This document shows, in pieces, positions 63,037 through 64,000 of a DNA stretch of 64,000 nucleotides. The DNA comes from a virus (lineage: Duplodnaviria > Caudoviricetes). The stretch's first letter is position 1. Each line of letters begins with the position of its first letter. The stretch covers positions 1 through 64,000 of the IMG/VR virus record IMGVR_UViG_3300013105_000003. One strand, written 5' to 3'. The notes under the pieces are model-generated. The model was given only the letters and a program-made list of their open reading frames with translations. It ran no database searches and was not told where the DNA came from. The position numbers and the translations under genes are program-made.

Positions 63037-63370
63037 AGAACTAGCATTCTCAGTTACCATGCAGGATCTAGAAGTACAGACTTTCAGAGCTGGCGGCGCT
63101 GGGGGGCAGAATCAGAATAAGAGAGACACAGGAGTCCGTCTGATTCACCACCCCTCTGGTGCAAGAGCTGAGTGTAGAGAAGAACGCTCTCAGCTACAAA
63201 ATAAGAAAAAGGCACTGAAGAGACTATCTGTAGACCCTAAGTTTGTTTATTGGGCACATGTTCAATCTGGTAGCCTAAAGGATGCTGAGCAGTGGGTTGA
63301 AGAGCAAATGGTAGAGTCTAACCTAAAAGTAGAAGTTAAAGATGAGAAGGGTCGCTGGGTAGATGAGTGA
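63029..63370 (+). CDS. stand-alone RF-1 domain peptidyl-tRNA hydrolase (GGQ)
   Basis: FRAGGAGGQNQNK..GVRLIHHPSG...RSQLQNK. Confidence 0.88.
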   Translation: MTKELAFSVTMQDLEVQTFRAGGAGGQNQNKRDTGVRLIHHPSGARAECREERSQLQNKKKALKRLSVDPKFVYWAHVQSGSLKDAEQWVEEQMVESNLKVEVKDEKGRWVDE

Positions 63371-63638
63371 TAATAAGCCAAAGCAAGTAGTTAAGTTCTG
63401 GGCTGATTGGTGCGGTCCTTGTAAGAGATTTGCACCCATCTTTGAGGAAGTGCAGGAAGAGTATCCTGATTTCCAGTTTATGAGTGTAGATATTGATGCA
63501 CAGCCAGAAGCAGCTAAGGTGTTTGGAGTTACTACAATTCCTTACGTGGTAGTTCTTAATAATGGTGAAACTGTAGGAGAGATTAACGGTATCATTTCTA
63601 AGCCAACCTTGCGTAAGCTACTTGACTCTGTAGAGTAA
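63363..63638 (+). CDS. trxA: thioredoxin
   Basis: FWADWCGPCK, TIP. Confidence 0.95.
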   Translation: MSDNKPKQVVKFWADWCGPCKRFAPIFEEVQEEYPDFQFMSVDIDAQPEAAKVFGVTTIPYVVVLNNGETVGEINGIISKPTLRKLLDSVE

Positions 63639-63736
63639 GAGTGCTATAGTAGGTACTTCAACAGTCAACCCCTCCACAATGGGTCTTACCAAAATGGTGT
63701 GGAGGGGTTGACGCATACCTAAGAGTCTGGTAGTAT
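63622..63736 (+). promoter_or_regulatory. two sigmaA-type promoters separated by a 15-bp hairpin
   Basis: TTGACT-N17-TATAGT; GTCAACCCCTCCACA/TGTGGAGGGGTTGAC; TTGACG-N17-TAGTAT; leaderless ATG 63744. Confidence 0.7.
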
Positions 63737-63743
63737 CGTACTC

Positions 63744-64000
63744 ATGAACAAGATTAGTGAAGTTGTCGCCCAGGTCCGTCGTCTCGCTGCAGAGAATCCT
63801 GACTTTGTCTATGAGAAGGTTAAGAGTAAGAGCAGTGAAGATAGCCCAAAGTGCCTTTACACTCACAATGGTAAGGGTAGTTGCATCATAGGACAGGCTA
63901 TTCTAGCTGTAGATGATAGCCTCTACAGTAAGCTGGCTGACTATGATGAGGGATTAATCTTTGGATATTCCGCAACCATTGTTGTACATGACCTGTACCC
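63744..64000 (+). CDS. hypothetical protein, partial
   Basis: MNKISEVVAQVRRLAAENPDFVY..CLY..GSCIIGQA runs off the window. Confidence 0.7.
   Translation, partial: MNKISEVVAQVRRLAAENPDFVYEKVKSKSSEDSPKCLYTHNGKGSCIIGQAILAVDDSLYSKLADYDEGLIFGYSATIVVHDLY

Noticed and set aside
1955-63866. Numerous minus-strand ORFs of 60-190 aa in the ORF track
   Set aside because: Essentially all are antisense shadows of well-supported + strand genes, have low-complexity Ser/Ala/Leu content and show no recognisable motifs
1-64000. Prophage/temperate functions or stop-codon recoding
   Set aside because: No integrase, repressor or host genes in the window; genes are full-length under the standard code, so the GGQ protein does not indicate recoding

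Overview
This 64 kb window is part of a large lytic tailed (siphovirus-type) phage genome. It is AT-richer than an actinobacterial host would be (roughly mid-40s % GC by eye), and essentially all genes lie on the + strand. An actinobacterial host is inferred, not shown, from the WhiG/FliA-type sigma factor, leaderless sigmaA-type promoters and holin/tape-measure motifs. Gene order: end of an endolysin; three tRNAs (His, Arg, Gly); a C-terminal-only Rad50/SbcC; a holin-like gene; RNA ligase + Pnkp; DnaX; terminase, portal, MuF-like protein and inserted head-region genes; Mu-type protease/scaffold, decoration and major capsid proteins; head-tail connectors; a glycosyltransferase; major tail protein, frameshifted tail chaperones, a 2962-aa tape measure, Dit and tail-tip proteins; two membrane proteins; then a replication/recombination block (SNF2 helicase, nucleotidyltransferase, sigma factor, DnaB, primase Zn domain, delta'/delta-like proteins, PolA, gp32-like SSB, RuvC-like, RecA), class II RNR, a GGQ release-factor domain and thioredoxin. 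The strongest signal not explained by the genes is a regulatory system: a sigma28-like -10 motif (ACGATAAT, 12 exact copies found by eye plus 3 variants) precedes mostly virion genes and matches the phage-encoded FliA/WhiG-family sigma. Twice the motif sits inside a hairpin that hides the downstream RBS/start codon, and once it lies inside the protease gene ahead of a nested scaffold start. Other highlights are a candidate pseudoknotted ncRNA before the protease, a shared xEL[S/A] putative maturation motif on head-cluster proteins, a putative complete bacterial-type clamp loader, and a translation-repair toolkit. All calls come from motif recognition without database searches.
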